The notes under the pieces: model-generated
The model's database searches: none
Told to the model about the DNA's origin: nothing
Seen by the model: the letters and a program-made list of their open reading frames with translations, nothing else
Position numbers and translations under genes: made by a program
From: an uncultured bacterium
GTDB taxonomy: Bacteria > Omnitrophota > Omnitrophia > Omnitrophales > Aquincolibacteriaceae
Assembly: GCA_964482725.1 (NCBI GenBank)
Contig: CAYZYT010000008.1
Location: 3,255 to 67,254 of the forward strand
Reading direction: 5' to 3'
DNA length: 64,000 nucleotides
Shown: positions 36,609 to 46,102 of the stretch, one piece after another
Position numbering within the stretch: the first letter of the stretch is position 1
Layout: every line of letters starts with the position of its first letter

Positions 36609-37076
36609 ATGCGCTGGCTTCTTCTTGAAAAAGTCCATTCGATCCACAAGGGAAAAAAGGCCGTTGCTTCTGCGAAGGTTCCCCAAGCTCCTTACAGTTC
36701 GGAAGTTCTTTTTATTGAAATGATGGCGCAGACCGGCGGTCTTTTGGTCGGTGCGGAAAGCGATTACCAAAAAGATCTCATCTTCGCGAAGATCGAATGC
36801 GCGACCATCTCAAAGGTTCCGAAGTCCGGCACCGCGATTCAAATCGAGGCTTGGTCCGAAAGTCTCGGGACCGAAGGAGGTTGGCTTGAGGCGACGATCA
36901 CTTGTGCCGAAGGATTGGTCGCGAGCGCGAAGCTCCTGCTGATGGCCGTGAGCGGACTTTCCGCGGAACAGACGAAGTCCATCACATTCCACGAGGCTTT
37001 CATGAATCATTTTAACGTCCGCGAGAAGATCCTTCCATCCCTGCCTGGCGGGGAGCCCGGCGCAACGCAGGGCTGA
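36609..37076 (+). CDS. second FabZ-like hotdog dehydratase (DH2); possible heterodimer partner of DH1 (ApeI/ApeP-like arrangement)
   Basis: EVLFIEMMAQTGGLL hotdog active-site-like region. 155 aa. Confidence 0.6.
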   Translation: MRWLLLEKVHSIHKGKKAVASAKVPQAPYSSEVLFIEMMAQTGGLLVGAESDYQKDLIFAKIECATISKVPKSGTAIQIEAWSESLGTEGGWLEATITCAEGLVASAKLLLMAVSGLSAEQTKSITFHEAFMNHFNVREKILPSLPGGEPGATQG

Positions 37077-37081
37077 TCTTC

Positions 37082-38368
37082 ATGACCGAAAAACGCCGTG
37101 TTGTGATCACAGGTTTTGGGGTTATCACGCCGTGCGGGAACGGCTGGGAACCTTATTGGGAGGCCGCTCTTCACGGGCGGTCCGCGATCCGAAGTGCCGA
37201 TCCCCTCAAGATGAATTGCCCCTCTTTTAAATATGCCGGGATGCTGTCCGGGTTCGAACCGAAAGAATTTATTGAGAACCGGAAATCCATCAAGTTGATG
37301 TCCCGCGAGATCCAGATGGCGGTTGCGGCAAGTCGTCTGGCGCTTCAGGACGCCAAACTTTCTCCGGAGCATTATGACCCCACGCGGGTTGGCGTCACGC
37401 TCGGCACCGGGATCATCAATAACGATCTCGATGAGATCGGCATGGGCTTTAGGAACGGGCTGGATGAGAACGGGCATTTTTCCATGACCAAGTTCGGGCA
37501 AGAGGGCGTTCGCTCGCTTTTTCCTCTTTGGTTCCTGAAGTATCTTCCGAACATGCCGGCCTGTCATGTCTCCGTTGCGAATCATCTTCGGGGCCCGAAC
37601 AATACCATCACGACGTCCTCCGCGGCGAGCACCCAGGCGATCGGGGAAGCCTACCGTGTGATCGAGCGTGGAGATGCGGATATTATGTTGGCGGGCGGCA
37701 CGGACTCGAAACTTAATGCGATGGGGATCTCACGTTTCCAGCTCCTCGGGCTTCTTTCAACAAGAGAAGCCTCTCCCGAGAAGGTTTACTGTCCTTTTGA
37801 CAAAAAACATGACGGAATAGTCCTGGGCGAAGGTTCGGGGATCCTGGTGCTGGAATCCCTCGCGAGTGCAAAAAAACGCGGGGCCTCGATCTACGCGGAG
37901 ATCGCCGGCTACGGATCTTCCTCTGATTTTAATTATGATCCGCGGGATCCGGATGATTTTACGGGCAAGCGCGTGGCGATTCGCCGGGCGCTTGAAGATG
38001 CCGCGATCGAGCCCGCGGATGTCGATGTTCTTGTGGCGAATGGCAGCGGTATTCCCCAAGAAGATGCTCAGGAGTCGCTCGCGGTCCATTCCTTTTATGC
38101 GTCGACTTTCAAAAAACTTCACGTCACTGCCGTGAAACCTGTGACGGGGAATCTGGTTTACGGGACCGGAAGTATCGAGGCGGTGGTTGCAGCCTTGACC
38201 ACGAAAAAAGGACAAGTGCCGCCGGTCACGAATCTTGAAAATCCGGATCCGGAGTGCTCGCTTCCGTTCGTCAAAGATAAAGCGAAATCTTGCCAAGTCA
38301 ACGTGGCCGTCCTGAACACCTTCGGGCTGGGCGGCCAAAACGCATCCCTGGTGTTTAAAAAATGCTAA
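37082..38368 (+). CDS. ketosynthase-like chain-length-factor (CLF) paralog lacking the catalytic triad
   Basis: KAS fold with TTSSAAS in place of TACxSG (Cys to Ser), ANGSG in place of AHGTS (His to Asn) and TGN in place of GH (His to Asn). Confidence 0.8.
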   Translation: MTEKRRVVITGFGVITPCGNGWEPYWEAALHGRSAIRSADPLKMNCPSFKYAGMLSGFEPKEFIENRKSIKLMSREIQMAVAASRLALQDAKLSPEHYDPTRVGVTLGTGIINNDLDEIGMGFRNGLDENGHFSMTKFGQEGVRSLFPLWFLKYLPNMPACHVSVANHLRGPNNTITTSSAASTQAIGEAYRVIERGDADIMLAGGTDSKLNAMGISRFQLLGLLSTREASPEKVYCPFDKKHDGIVLGEGSGILVLESLASAKKRGASIYAEIAGYGSSSDFNYDPRDPDDFTGKRVAIRRALEDAAIEPADVDVLVANGSGIPQEDAQESLAVHSFYASTFKKLHVTAVKPVTGNLVYGTGSIEAVVAALTTKKGQVPPVTNLENPDPECSLPFVKDKAKSCQVNVAVLNTFGLGGQNASLVFKKC

Positions 38369-39660
38369 AACGTAGAGTGGTCGTCACAGGGATGGGCGCC
38401 GTGACGCCTCTTGGAAATTCCGTGCGTGATACCTGGCTTCGTTTGACGCAGGGGAAGTCGGGGATCGGGCCCATCACGCTCTTTGATGCGAGCCGTTTTC
38501 CGACGCGCATTGCGGCTGAGGTGAAAGGGTTCCAATTCGAGAAATGGCTTGAGCGCAATCCACCGCTTAGTTGCGCGGGCCGGAGCACTTTTTTTGCGCT
38601 TCAGGCCGCAGCGGAAGCCTACAAGGGCGCGAGGCTCGAGCCTCTTGCCGTGAATCCGAATCGCTTTGGTATTTATTTTGGAGCGGGTGACAGCGGGATC
38701 GATTTTGCTCCCTTTATCAAGACCATGGTCGCGTCTTTTACGAAGGAAGGCACGGAGATTGTGGATAAAGGAAAATACCTCCAACATGCCGCCGAGAATA
38801 TGAGCGCTTTGCGAGAGCTTGAAAACCAGCCCTTCATGACCGTGACACATCTGACGCGTCTTTTTGATATACGCGGGCCGGTTTCGAATTGTTTGACGGC
38901 GTGCGCGGCGTCGTCCCAGGCGATCGGGGAGGCTTTTGAATGGATACGGCGCGGGGATGCCGATGTGATGATGGCCGGTGGTTCCCACTCCATGATCTAT
39001 CCGATGGGGGTCGCCGGGTTCAGCTTATTGACGGCTCTTTCCACTCGAAACGATGATCCTGAAAAAGCCTCGAGGCCGTTCGATAAAAAACGGGACGGAT
39101 TTGTGATCGGCGAAGGCGCCGGGGTGCTCATCCTTGAAGATCTGGAACACGCGAGGAAGCGCAAGGCGCCGATCCATGGCGAAGTCGTGGGATATGGCTC
39201 GACCGCGGACGCGTATCGCCTCACGGATATGGACCCGGAAGGCCGTGGCGCGGCGCGCGCTATGGAGATTGCGATGGAAAAAGCTTGCGTTGGGCCTCAA
39301 AATATTGATTATATCAATGCGCACGGCACTTCCACCGCAGTGAATGACTCGCTGGAAACCCTCGTCATCAAAAAAGTGATGGGCGATTGTGCTCCGAAGA
39401 TCCCGGTCAGCTCGACCAAATCCATGCTCGGGCATATGATCGCGGCGGCCGGCGGGGTTGAAGCAATTATTTGTTTGATGGCCATGCGCGATTCGATGAT
39501 CCCGCCGACGATCAATTATGAAGAACCGGATCCTGAGTGCGATCTGGATTATGTGCCGAACACGGCGCGGCGCTCGGGCGTGAATTTGGCGCTTTCGAAC
39601 TCGTTCGGGTTCGGGGGGCAGAACATTTGTTTAGCTTTAAGGAGATATGATGGCGCATAA
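38362..39660 (+). CDS. beta-ketoacyl-ACP synthase (FabF-like KS) with intact Cys-His-His triad
   Basis: CLTACAASSQAIGEA, YINAHGTSTAVND and SSTKSMLGHMIAAAG. Overlaps the CLF gene by 7 nt. Confidence 0.85.
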   Translation: MLKRRVVVTGMGAVTPLGNSVRDTWLRLTQGKSGIGPITLFDASRFPTRIAAEVKGFQFEKWLERNPPLSCAGRSTFFALQAAAEAYKGARLEPLAVNPNRFGIYFGAGDSGIDFAPFIKTMVASFTKEGTEIVDKGKYLQHAAENMSALRELENQPFMTVTHLTRLFDIRGPVSNCLTACAASSQAIGEAFEWIRRGDADVMMAGGSHSMIYPMGVAGFSLLTALSTRNDDPEKASRPFDKKRDGFVIGEGAGVLILEDLEHARKRKAPIHGEVVGYGSTADAYRLTDMDPEGRGAARAMEIAMEKACVGPQNIDYINAHGTSTAVNDSLETLVIKKVMGDCAPKIPVSSTKSMLGHMIAAAGGVEAIICLMAMRDSMIPPTINYEEPDPECDLDYVPNTARRSGVNLALSNSFGFGGQNICLALRRYDGA

Positions 39661-40744
39661 CTTGATTTTTATGACCGGTGCGACCGGTGTGTTGGGGCAG
39701 GACCTTGTGAAGGAATTGCTCCGGACCACGAACGCAGAAATTGCGCTCCTGGCCCGTGCGAAAAACCGCGCCACCCATTCGGACCGGGTCAAAAAGATCC
39801 TTACTTCGATTGGTATCGATTCTCATCTGGGTTCCCGCGTCCATGTGATCGAAGGGGATGTGACGCATCATAAATTCGGCATCAAAAAAGCCGACCTCGA
39901 AACTCTGGAGCGTGAGTGCAAGGTGTTCTATCACATCGCAGCGCTTACGGCTTTGAACGGGACGGAGAAGGAATGCCAGCAGATCAATGTGGGAGGCACC
40001 GAGCACGCTTTGGAGCTGGCCTGGGACCTTCGTAAAAAAGGAAAACTCGAGCGGTTCATCTATTTCAGCACGGCGTTCGTCGCCGGAAGCGTGTGGGACC
40101 ATTGTTCTAAGGAAGATGAGCTTCCGGCCAAGCCTGTGTTTGCGAACTATTACGAGTCGAGCAAATACAAGGCCGAGACCAAAGTTCGCGAGGCGATGGC
40201 CAAGGGACTTCCGGTCACGATCATTCGTCCGAGCATCGTGGTGGGGCATTCGGAGACCGGCGTGGTCTCGGATTTCAATGTGATCTACCCTTTCATCAAG
40301 CTCTTCGCTCACGGAGTGCTTTCCAAGATCCCCACGCATCGTGAGAACACGTTCAATATTGTGCCCATTGATTTTGTGATCCAGGCGACCTGCGCGATCG
40401 TCAAGGACCCGCGGAGCATCAATAAGGCTTTTCATGTGGTAGCGCCCAAACCGCCTTCGATCGGCATGCTCCTTAGGGTGGGGGAAGAGGAATATTCGGC
40501 CATCCCTCCGATCGAGGTGATCGATCCCCTGCACTTCAAAAAAAACAAGATGGGCGCGCAGGAGCAAATGGTCTTCGCGATGCTGGAGCCTTATCTGGGA
40601 TATTTGAACGGGCGCCTCACCTTCGATACTTCCAATACGCGTGAGATCCTACGCGGCACCGGGATCCCGATGCCAAAAACCGATCATGCTTTTCTCAAGA
40701 CCCTGATCCGTTATGCCGTTAAGGTCGGGTACCTAGCCATTTAA
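39647..40744 (+). CDS. stand-alone thioester reductase / fatty-acyl reductase (NAD_binding_4, 'male sterility' family)
   Basis: FMTGATGVLGQDL Rossmann motif and YYESSKYKAE (YxxxK). 365 aa. Overlaps the KS gene stop. Confidence 0.75.
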   Translation: MMAHNLIFMTGATGVLGQDLVKELLRTTNAEIALLARAKNRATHSDRVKKILTSIGIDSHLGSRVHVIEGDVTHHKFGIKKADLETLERECKVFYHIAALTALNGTEKECQQINVGGTEHALELAWDLRKKGKLERFIYFSTAFVAGSVWDHCSKEDELPAKPVFANYYESSKYKAETKVREAMAKGLPVTIIRPSIVVGHSETGVVSDFNVIYPFIKLFAHGVLSKIPTHRENTFNIVPIDFVIQATCAIVKDPRSINKAFHVVAPKPPSIGMLLRVGEEEYSAIPPIEVIDPLHFKKNKMGAQEQMVFAMLEPYLGYLNGRLTFDTSNTREILRGTGIPMPKTDHAFLKTLIRYAVKVGYLAI

Positions 40745-40785
40745 AATTGTTGTTATCGTCATTCAACTATCCAAGGGGTCCCACA

Positions 40786-41115
40786 ATGAAAAGAGCTATA
40801 GCTTCGATCTTGATTTTGGCAGTGCTGAGTTTCTGGATCCCTTGCGCGTGCGCGGAGATCTCTCAGGATCTGGATCCGATGGTGCCTGTGGATGCGCAAG
40901 CGACTGTGGTGGAAGAAGCCTCGATGAATGGTGCCTCGACCGGCCAGGTCAGTAACGTGGTGAGCACCGCGGATGCAACGGTTGGCGAGAAGAAAAAAGT
41001 AGAAGAGACGAAGCATGCGAAGTCGAAAAAGTCCTCAAAAAAGAAATCTTCCGAAAAGAAAAACAAGAAGTCTGGTCCCCAGAAGTCCAAGGCGAGCAAG
41101 AAAAGCTCTAGTTAA
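40786..41115 (+). CDS. small secreted Lys/Ser-rich protein, hypothetical
   Basis: Signal peptide MKRAIASILILAVLSFWIPCACA, then a KKSSKKKSSEKKNKK low-complexity tail. AAGGGG RBS. Confidence 0.5.
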   Translation: MKRAIASILILAVLSFWIPCACAEISQDLDPMVPVDAQATVVEEASMNGASTGQVSNVVSTADATVGEKKKVEETKHAKSKKSSKKKSSEKKNKKSGPQKSKASKKSSS

Positions 41116-41179
41116 AGATCTCTGACAGAATGAAGCTTACCCTCCCCACAAAAGCAGGGATCCGGGGAGTGGATTCCCG

Positions 41180-41235
41180 ACCGGTCCGAAGCGCGGTATT
41201 GGGAATGGCGTTTTGTTGGAAATTCTAGGAACCGT
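41180..41235. repeat. degenerate copy R4 of the GCGGTCCCAATACC repeat family (inverted)
   Basis: GGTCCGAAGCGCGGTATTGGGAATGGCG. Its reverse complement matches the CGAAGCGGTCCCAATACC core region. Confidence 0.4.
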
Positions 41236-41319
41236 TTGCTTTCATAAAGCGTTGCTTTGGGTTCGTCCCCGGGGTAACGCTTTATTTATTAAAACGATCG
41301 GTGACTGTCTCTATTGCTT

Positions 41320-42486
41320 TTATCGCCAGTGGGTCTGGCGCCTGAAGCAGGCCATTTGAAAGGCGTCGAAAAGAATGGCTGTGAAGATGAGCGCCGCGAG
41401 CGGGTGCAGGAGCGCGTAACGTTTCCTGGATTTGACGATCCCATAGGCCGTGAACGCAGTAGCGAAAATGATCCCAAGGATCAAGAAACAAAGAAACAGC
41501 GAAAGATTTGATTGGCCCGGGAGCATGATCAAGACCGCGAACGGGAAGACGGAAAAGAAGAAAACGCTCAGAGCGCATTTCAGGATCGGCGCCGGTCTTT
41601 GATCGAAAGCGTGAAGGTAGATCCGACGCCAACCCCGCCAAAGGGCGTCAAAAGAATCGTACATCCGCGTGCCGTAGACGTCCATGCCAAATGCGGACAT
41701 GCTTCGCGCGCCGATTTCCTTCGTTTTTTTCATCAACGCAAAGTCCTCGAGGAATGCTTCCTTTACGGCATCGTGCCCGCCGATCTTCCGGTAATGGTCC
41801 GCGCGCAGCAACAGGTATTGTCCGTTCCCGAAATAGACCTTCGACTTTGGATCATTGATCTTTCGGATGGGGAACCACAGCCCCATATAGCTCATGGCGC
41901 AGGGCTGAATAAGAAGTTCCCAAAAACCGTGGGCGAGACAGCGGGGCAGGAGCGTTAAAAGATCAAGTTTGTTCGCCTCCGCGAAGGTCAAGGAGGCATC
42001 CACGCTGCCGGGTTCGTGGCGAGTATCCGCATCCGTGAAGAGAAGCCAGTCGCCCGAGGCGTGCTCGATCCCGAGATGGAGCGCGAAATTCTTACCGGTC
42101 CATCCTTTCGGGGTAGGGGGTGTGTTGAGGTATCCGAAAAAAGGAGTAGGCAGGTTTTCCCTCAAAGCCAACCTTTCCTCTTTAATTTCCATGGCGCCTA
42201 GTTCCTTTAAAATCGCCTCAGTGCGGTCCGTGGAACAATTATTGATGACGATGATCTCGTCACCGTTTCGGAGCTGGGTGAGGAACGGCCTGACGCAATC
42301 CGCGATGTTTTTCTCTTCATTCTTGGCGGGAATGAGGATCGAGACTTTGCCTTGGCGGGAGACAGGTGCTGTGAGCTTCAACGTGGGGGCTTGTTTGATT
42401 TCGGATAACGAACGCCAACTGCGATAAATCCAGCCGGCCAGCAGAAATACGAGAATTAAGAAAACAATAGGGGCAGGGATCTCCAT
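41320..42486 (-). CDS. membrane-embedded family-2 glycosyltransferase (N-terminal TM, GT-A domain, C-terminal TM bundle)
   Basis: ILIPAKNEE, LFTDADT (DxD) and a C-terminal hydrophobic region. Architecture resembles lipid-directed GT2/GT21 enzymes. Confidence 0.75.
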   Translation of the reverse strand: MEIPAPIVFLILVFLLAGWIYRSWRSLSEIKQAPTLKLTAPVSRQGKVSILIPAKNEEKNIADCVRPFLTQLRNGDEIIVINNCSTDRTEAILKELGAMEIKEERLALRENLPTPFFGYLNTPPTPKGWTGKNFALHLGIEHASGDWLLFTDADTRHEPGSVDASLTFAEANKLDLLTLLPRCLAHGFWELLIQPCAMSYMGLWFPIRKINDPKSKVYFGNGQYLLLRADHYRKIGGHDAVKEAFLEDFALMKKTKEIGARSMSAFGMDVYGTRMYDSFDALWRGWRRIYLHAFDQRPAPILKCALSVFFFSVFPFAVLIMLPGQSNLSLFLCFLILGIIFATAFTAYGIVKSRKRYALLHPLAALIFTAILFDAFQMACFRRQTHWR

Positions 42487-42630
42487 AGGCGTGGAATCAT
42501 AACAAATGCCCCGTCCCAGTCAACTTTTAAAAGGGGAGCGTGACGGCGCCGGGGAGGTGGAGACTCTGCTTGTCTGTAGCCTTGAGAGGAGTAGACTATA
42601 GACGAGAAGCGTGACGAAAGGGGGTGTCCC

Positions 42631-43008
42631 TTGCAAGAAGAAACGCAGCTAGTATCCCAGGTAAGAATGCTCCTGGTGGATGATGACCCCGACTTCGCGA
42701 GGATCTTCCAGACCTCCTTACGGGCCGATAAGAGGGTTTCATCTGAGGGCGAAAACGCCAGCACGCTTGAGTCCGCTTTAAAGATTCTCCAAGAAAAAAC
42801 CTTCCAGTTGATCCTTAAGCTGTCATTTTTAGATCCCCTGTCCCAGCTGCTTAATCGCCGCAGACTCCAGCGCATGGTCTCCCGGGAGCTTGAGATCTCC
42901 GGCCGCGGGGGTGCGAATCTTTCCGTGATCCTTCTGGACCTGGATAATTTCAAACCGATCAATGATACCTTCGGCCACGCGGTCGGGGATCCATGGATTC
43001 CCGCTTGA
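42631..43008 (+). pseudogene. truncated response-regulator/GGDEF (diguanylate cyclase) remnant
   Basis: Degenerate receiver-like N-terminus, then the GGDEF domain start DPLSQLLNRRRLQ...LSVILLDLDNFKPINDTFGHAVGD. It terminates before the GGDEF active site and abuts the HK gene. Confidence 0.6.
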
Positions 43009-43048
43009 AGCACGCGGGAATGACATGGGGGAGTTAAGAGGAGCAGTC

Positions 43049-46000
43049 ATGAGTTCCATTAAGCCAGAAAAGACGAACCCCGGAAATGGTGTCTCGTTCG
43101 TTTGGGGTTCGAAACCCAGAGGGATATTGTCGTTCTTCCTGATCGCTCTCGTGCTGATCTTTGCGGGGTTTTATTTCTACATGACCGAAGCGGAGCAAGT
43201 TTTGCGCGTAAAGGCCTCCGAGTTGAGTTCTATCGGAAAAATGAAGGTGGATCAGATCCTCCGATGGCACAAGGAACGGAGCGATGATGCGGTGAGACTG
43301 GCGGATTCTGTGATGATTGAAAAGTCCGTAGGAGAGTGGCTTCGTGATCCGGACCGGCTCCTCCATAAAGAAGACTTGATCGAGCGCTTGAGGCTTGAAC
43401 AGGATCTCGGAGTTTATTTTCAAGCGCTTTTGGTGAGCCCGGATCAAAAGATCCTTCTCTCGGCGACTTCCTCGCCCGCTGAGATGGAGACCGACAGCTG
43501 GGCGGCGGTGAAGAAGGCTTTGACGGAGCCTGAGCCTGTCTTTAGCCAATTGCATTACACGCCCTCCGGGAAGGTCCATGTCGATATCGCGAAGGCCATT
43601 CGGGATGACGCAGGTCAAGTGATGGCCGTTCTTGTGCTGACCACGAATGCGAACGAATTTCTTTTTCCCATGATCCGTGTTTGGCCGACGTCCAGCCCGA
43701 GCGGGGAGTCCATTCTGGTACGCCGTCAGGGCGACGAAGTTCTTTTTATGAACATGCTCCGGCACCGGGAAGACACGGCCCTTAGGATGCATCTTCCTAT
43801 CTCAAGGCCTCTATTCCCGGCCGCTCAGGCGGTGCAGGGGAGGACCGGGATCGTCTTTGGCGTGGATTATTCCGGGACAAAGGTTGTCGCCGATTTGCGG
43901 CCCATTCCAGACACAGACTGGTTCCTGGAGACCAAGCAAAATGAATCGGAGGTCGAAGGAGAAGTGCGTCTTCGTGCCCTCGTGGCTTTCGTCGTGGTAT
44001 TGCTGTTAGTGCTAGGCATCGCGGGCGGGATGGCCATCCGTTACCAGTCTTGGCAGATTAAGGAAAGTAAGAAAATGGAGGCGGCAACCGCTTTGAGCGC
44101 CCATCGCACGCAAGCGCTGCTTAAGCTGAACCAGATGACCGAGGCCTCACTGAAGGAAATTACAGATTTTGCCCTGGAGGAGGCCGTACGGTTGACCCAA
44201 AGTAAGATCGGCTATCTGGCGTTCCTCAACGAAGATGAAAGCGTGCTCACCATGCACTCGTGGTCGAAAAGTGCCATGGCGGAGTGCGCCATTAGCCAGA
44301 AACCGATCGTGTATCCAGTCGAGACTACCGGACTTTGGGGCGAGGCGGTTCGGCAGCGCCGAGCCGTTATTACTAACAATTATGCTGCTGCCAACCCGCT
44401 CAAAAAAGGCTGCCCCAAGGGGCATGTGGCTGTGAAACGTCACATGAATACTCCCGTGTTCGATGGCTCCAGAATCGTTATCGTTGCGGGCGTAGGCAAT
44501 AAAGAAGAAGAGTACAATCAAAGTGATGTTGAGCAGTTAACGCTGCTTATGGAAGGTATGTGGAGGCTGCTCGAACGTAAGCGCTTGGAAGAGGAATTAG
44601 TGAAGTCGAAGGAGATGCAGTTCAAAACGCTTATCGAGACACTGCCTTCTAAGGTGTTTCTCAAGGATAAGAACTCTGTCTATATTTCCTGTAATGAGAG
44701 TTTTGCCAGCGACTTGGGGATCAAGGTAAAGGAGATCATCGGGAAAACGGACTATGATCTTTTCCCCACGCCTTTAGCTGAAAAGAGGAGGGAAGAAGAT
44801 AAGCGGATCATGGAATCAGGGAAAGCCGAAAGCCGGGAAGAAGAATACCATCTGATTAATGATTATCTCAAGGGTTCTCAGACGTCTTATGTCGATATCG
44901 TCAAAGCTCCTGTTCGGGACAACGAGGGCAACGTAACGGGAATCCTCGGTATTTTTTGGGACATTACCGAACGCAAGGAAGCAGAGAATGCGCTGCGAAG
45001 AAATCGAGAGCTGCTCTTTGAAATGACATCGCAGGTTCCGGGTGTTGTCTATCAGTTCTATGCCAGGCCGAACGGGGAAAGAGGTCTTTATTTTGTGAGT
45101 CCAAAGGCGGAACAGATCTTCGGCCTAAAATCGGATCAGGAGGATTTTTTCGAAAAGTTTACCGCCTTGGTGGCCCCCGAGAACAGGGAAGACTTTTTGA
45201 ATTCCATAGAGAAATCTGTGCGGGAGGTGAGCGAATGGAAATTTGAGGGAATGATCGAGAAGCCTTCGGGAGAAAAAATCTGGTTTTCCGGAAACTCGAT
45301 TCCGTTTTTAGGTAAAAATGAAATTATTTTTAATGGAATATTGTTAGACATCACCGAGTGGAAAAAAGCGGAAGTGGAAAAAAAGCGCGTGGAGGTTCTG
45401 GCGTCTACCGCGGAGACAAAATCCAGGTTTGCTTCGATGGTCTCCCACGAGCTCCGTAGCCCGATGGCGGTGATCAAGGAAGCACTGGATATTGTTTTGG
45501 AGGGGATGGTCGGAAGTATCAATGACGAGCAAAAGAATGTTCTGGATATGGCCAAAACCAATATCACCCGGTTGGGGCGTTTGATTAATAATGTGCTGGA
45601 TTTTCAGAAAGTCGAATCGGGAAAAATGGAGTTCGATATCCAGGAAAACGACCTCAAGGAAGTGATGAGGGAAGTCCATGAGAGCATGAGCGTCCTGGCG
45701 AAAAGGGCGGGTTTGAACCTAGCGATGGAGTTGGACGAGGGGCTGCCGATCCTAAAGTTCGATAGGGACAGGATCATCCAGGTTCTTACGAATCTGGTAA
45801 GTAATGCCGTTAAAAATACCGAAAAAGGGGGCGTTACGATCGCCGCAAAAAAGGAAGCGGATGTCGTGCATTTGAGTGTGCAGGATGCGGGCAGAGGCAT
45901 TCCGGCTCAGGATATTGGAAAGCTCTTTCATGCGTTTGAGCAGGTGGACAGCCTTCGGAGCAAACCCAAAGGCGGCACGGGTTTGGGCCTGGCGATCTCC

Positions 46001-46090
46001 AAGGAGATCGTTCTCGCGCATCACGGAAAGATCTGGGCCGAGTCCGAAGTGGGCAAGGGCAGTACCTTTCATGTCACATTACCTCTATAA
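43049..46090 (+). CDS. large sensor histidine kinase (periplasmic sensor, GAF, PAS x2, HisKA, HATPase)
   Basis: TTAAGAGGAG RBS. H-box SHELRSPM and [22 protein letters not shown]. Paralog of the HK at 22746-24221. Confidence 0.85.
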   Translation: MSSIKPEKTNPGNGVSFVWGSKPRGILSFFLIALVLIFAGFYFYMTEAEQVLRVKASELSSIGKMKVDQILRWHKERSDDAVRLADSVMIEKSVGEWLRDPDRLLHKEDLIERLRLEQDLGVYFQALLVSPDQKILLSATSSPAEMETDSWAAVKKALTEPEPVFSQLHYTPSGKVHVDIAKAIRDDAGQVMAVLVLTTNANEFLFPMIRVWPTSSPSGESILVRRQGDEVLFMNMLRHREDTALRMHLPISRPLFPAAQAVQGRTGIVFGVDYSGTKVVADLRPIPDTDWFLETKQNESEVEGEVRLRALVAFVVVLLLVLGIAGGMAIRYQSWQIKESKKMEAATALSAHRTQALLKLNQMTEASLKEITDFALEEAVRLTQSKIGYLAFLNEDESVLTMHSWSKSAMAECAISQKPIVYPVETTGLWGEAVRQRRAVITNNYAAANPLKKGCPKGHVAVKRHMNTPVFDGSRIVIVAGVGNKEEEYNQSDVEQLTLLMEGMWRLLERKRLEEELVKSKEMQFKTLIETLPSKVFLKDKNSVYISCNESFASDLGIKVKEIIGKTDYDLFPTPLAEKRREEDKRIMESGKAESREEEYHLINDYLKGSQTSYVDIVKAPVRDNEGNVTGILGIFWDITERKEAENALRRNRELLFEMTSQVPGVVYQFYARPNGERGLYFVSPKAEQIFGLKSDQEDFFEKFTALVAPENREDFLNSIEKSVREVSEWKFEGMIEKPSGEKIWFSGNSIPFLGKNEIIFNGILLDITEWKKAEVEKKRVEVLASTAETKSRFASMVSHELRSPMAVIKEALDIVLEGMVGSINDEQKNVLDMAKTNITRLGRLINNVLDFQKVESGKMEFDIQENDLKEVMREVHESMSVLAKRAGLNLAMELDEGLPILKFDRDRIIQVLTNLVSNAVKNTEKGGVTIAAKKEADVVHLSVQDAGRGIPAQDIGKLFHAFEQVDSLRSKPKGGTGLGLAISKEIVLAHHGKIWAESEVGKGSTFHVTLPL

Positions 46091-46102
46091 GGCGGGTGAA
46101 CG

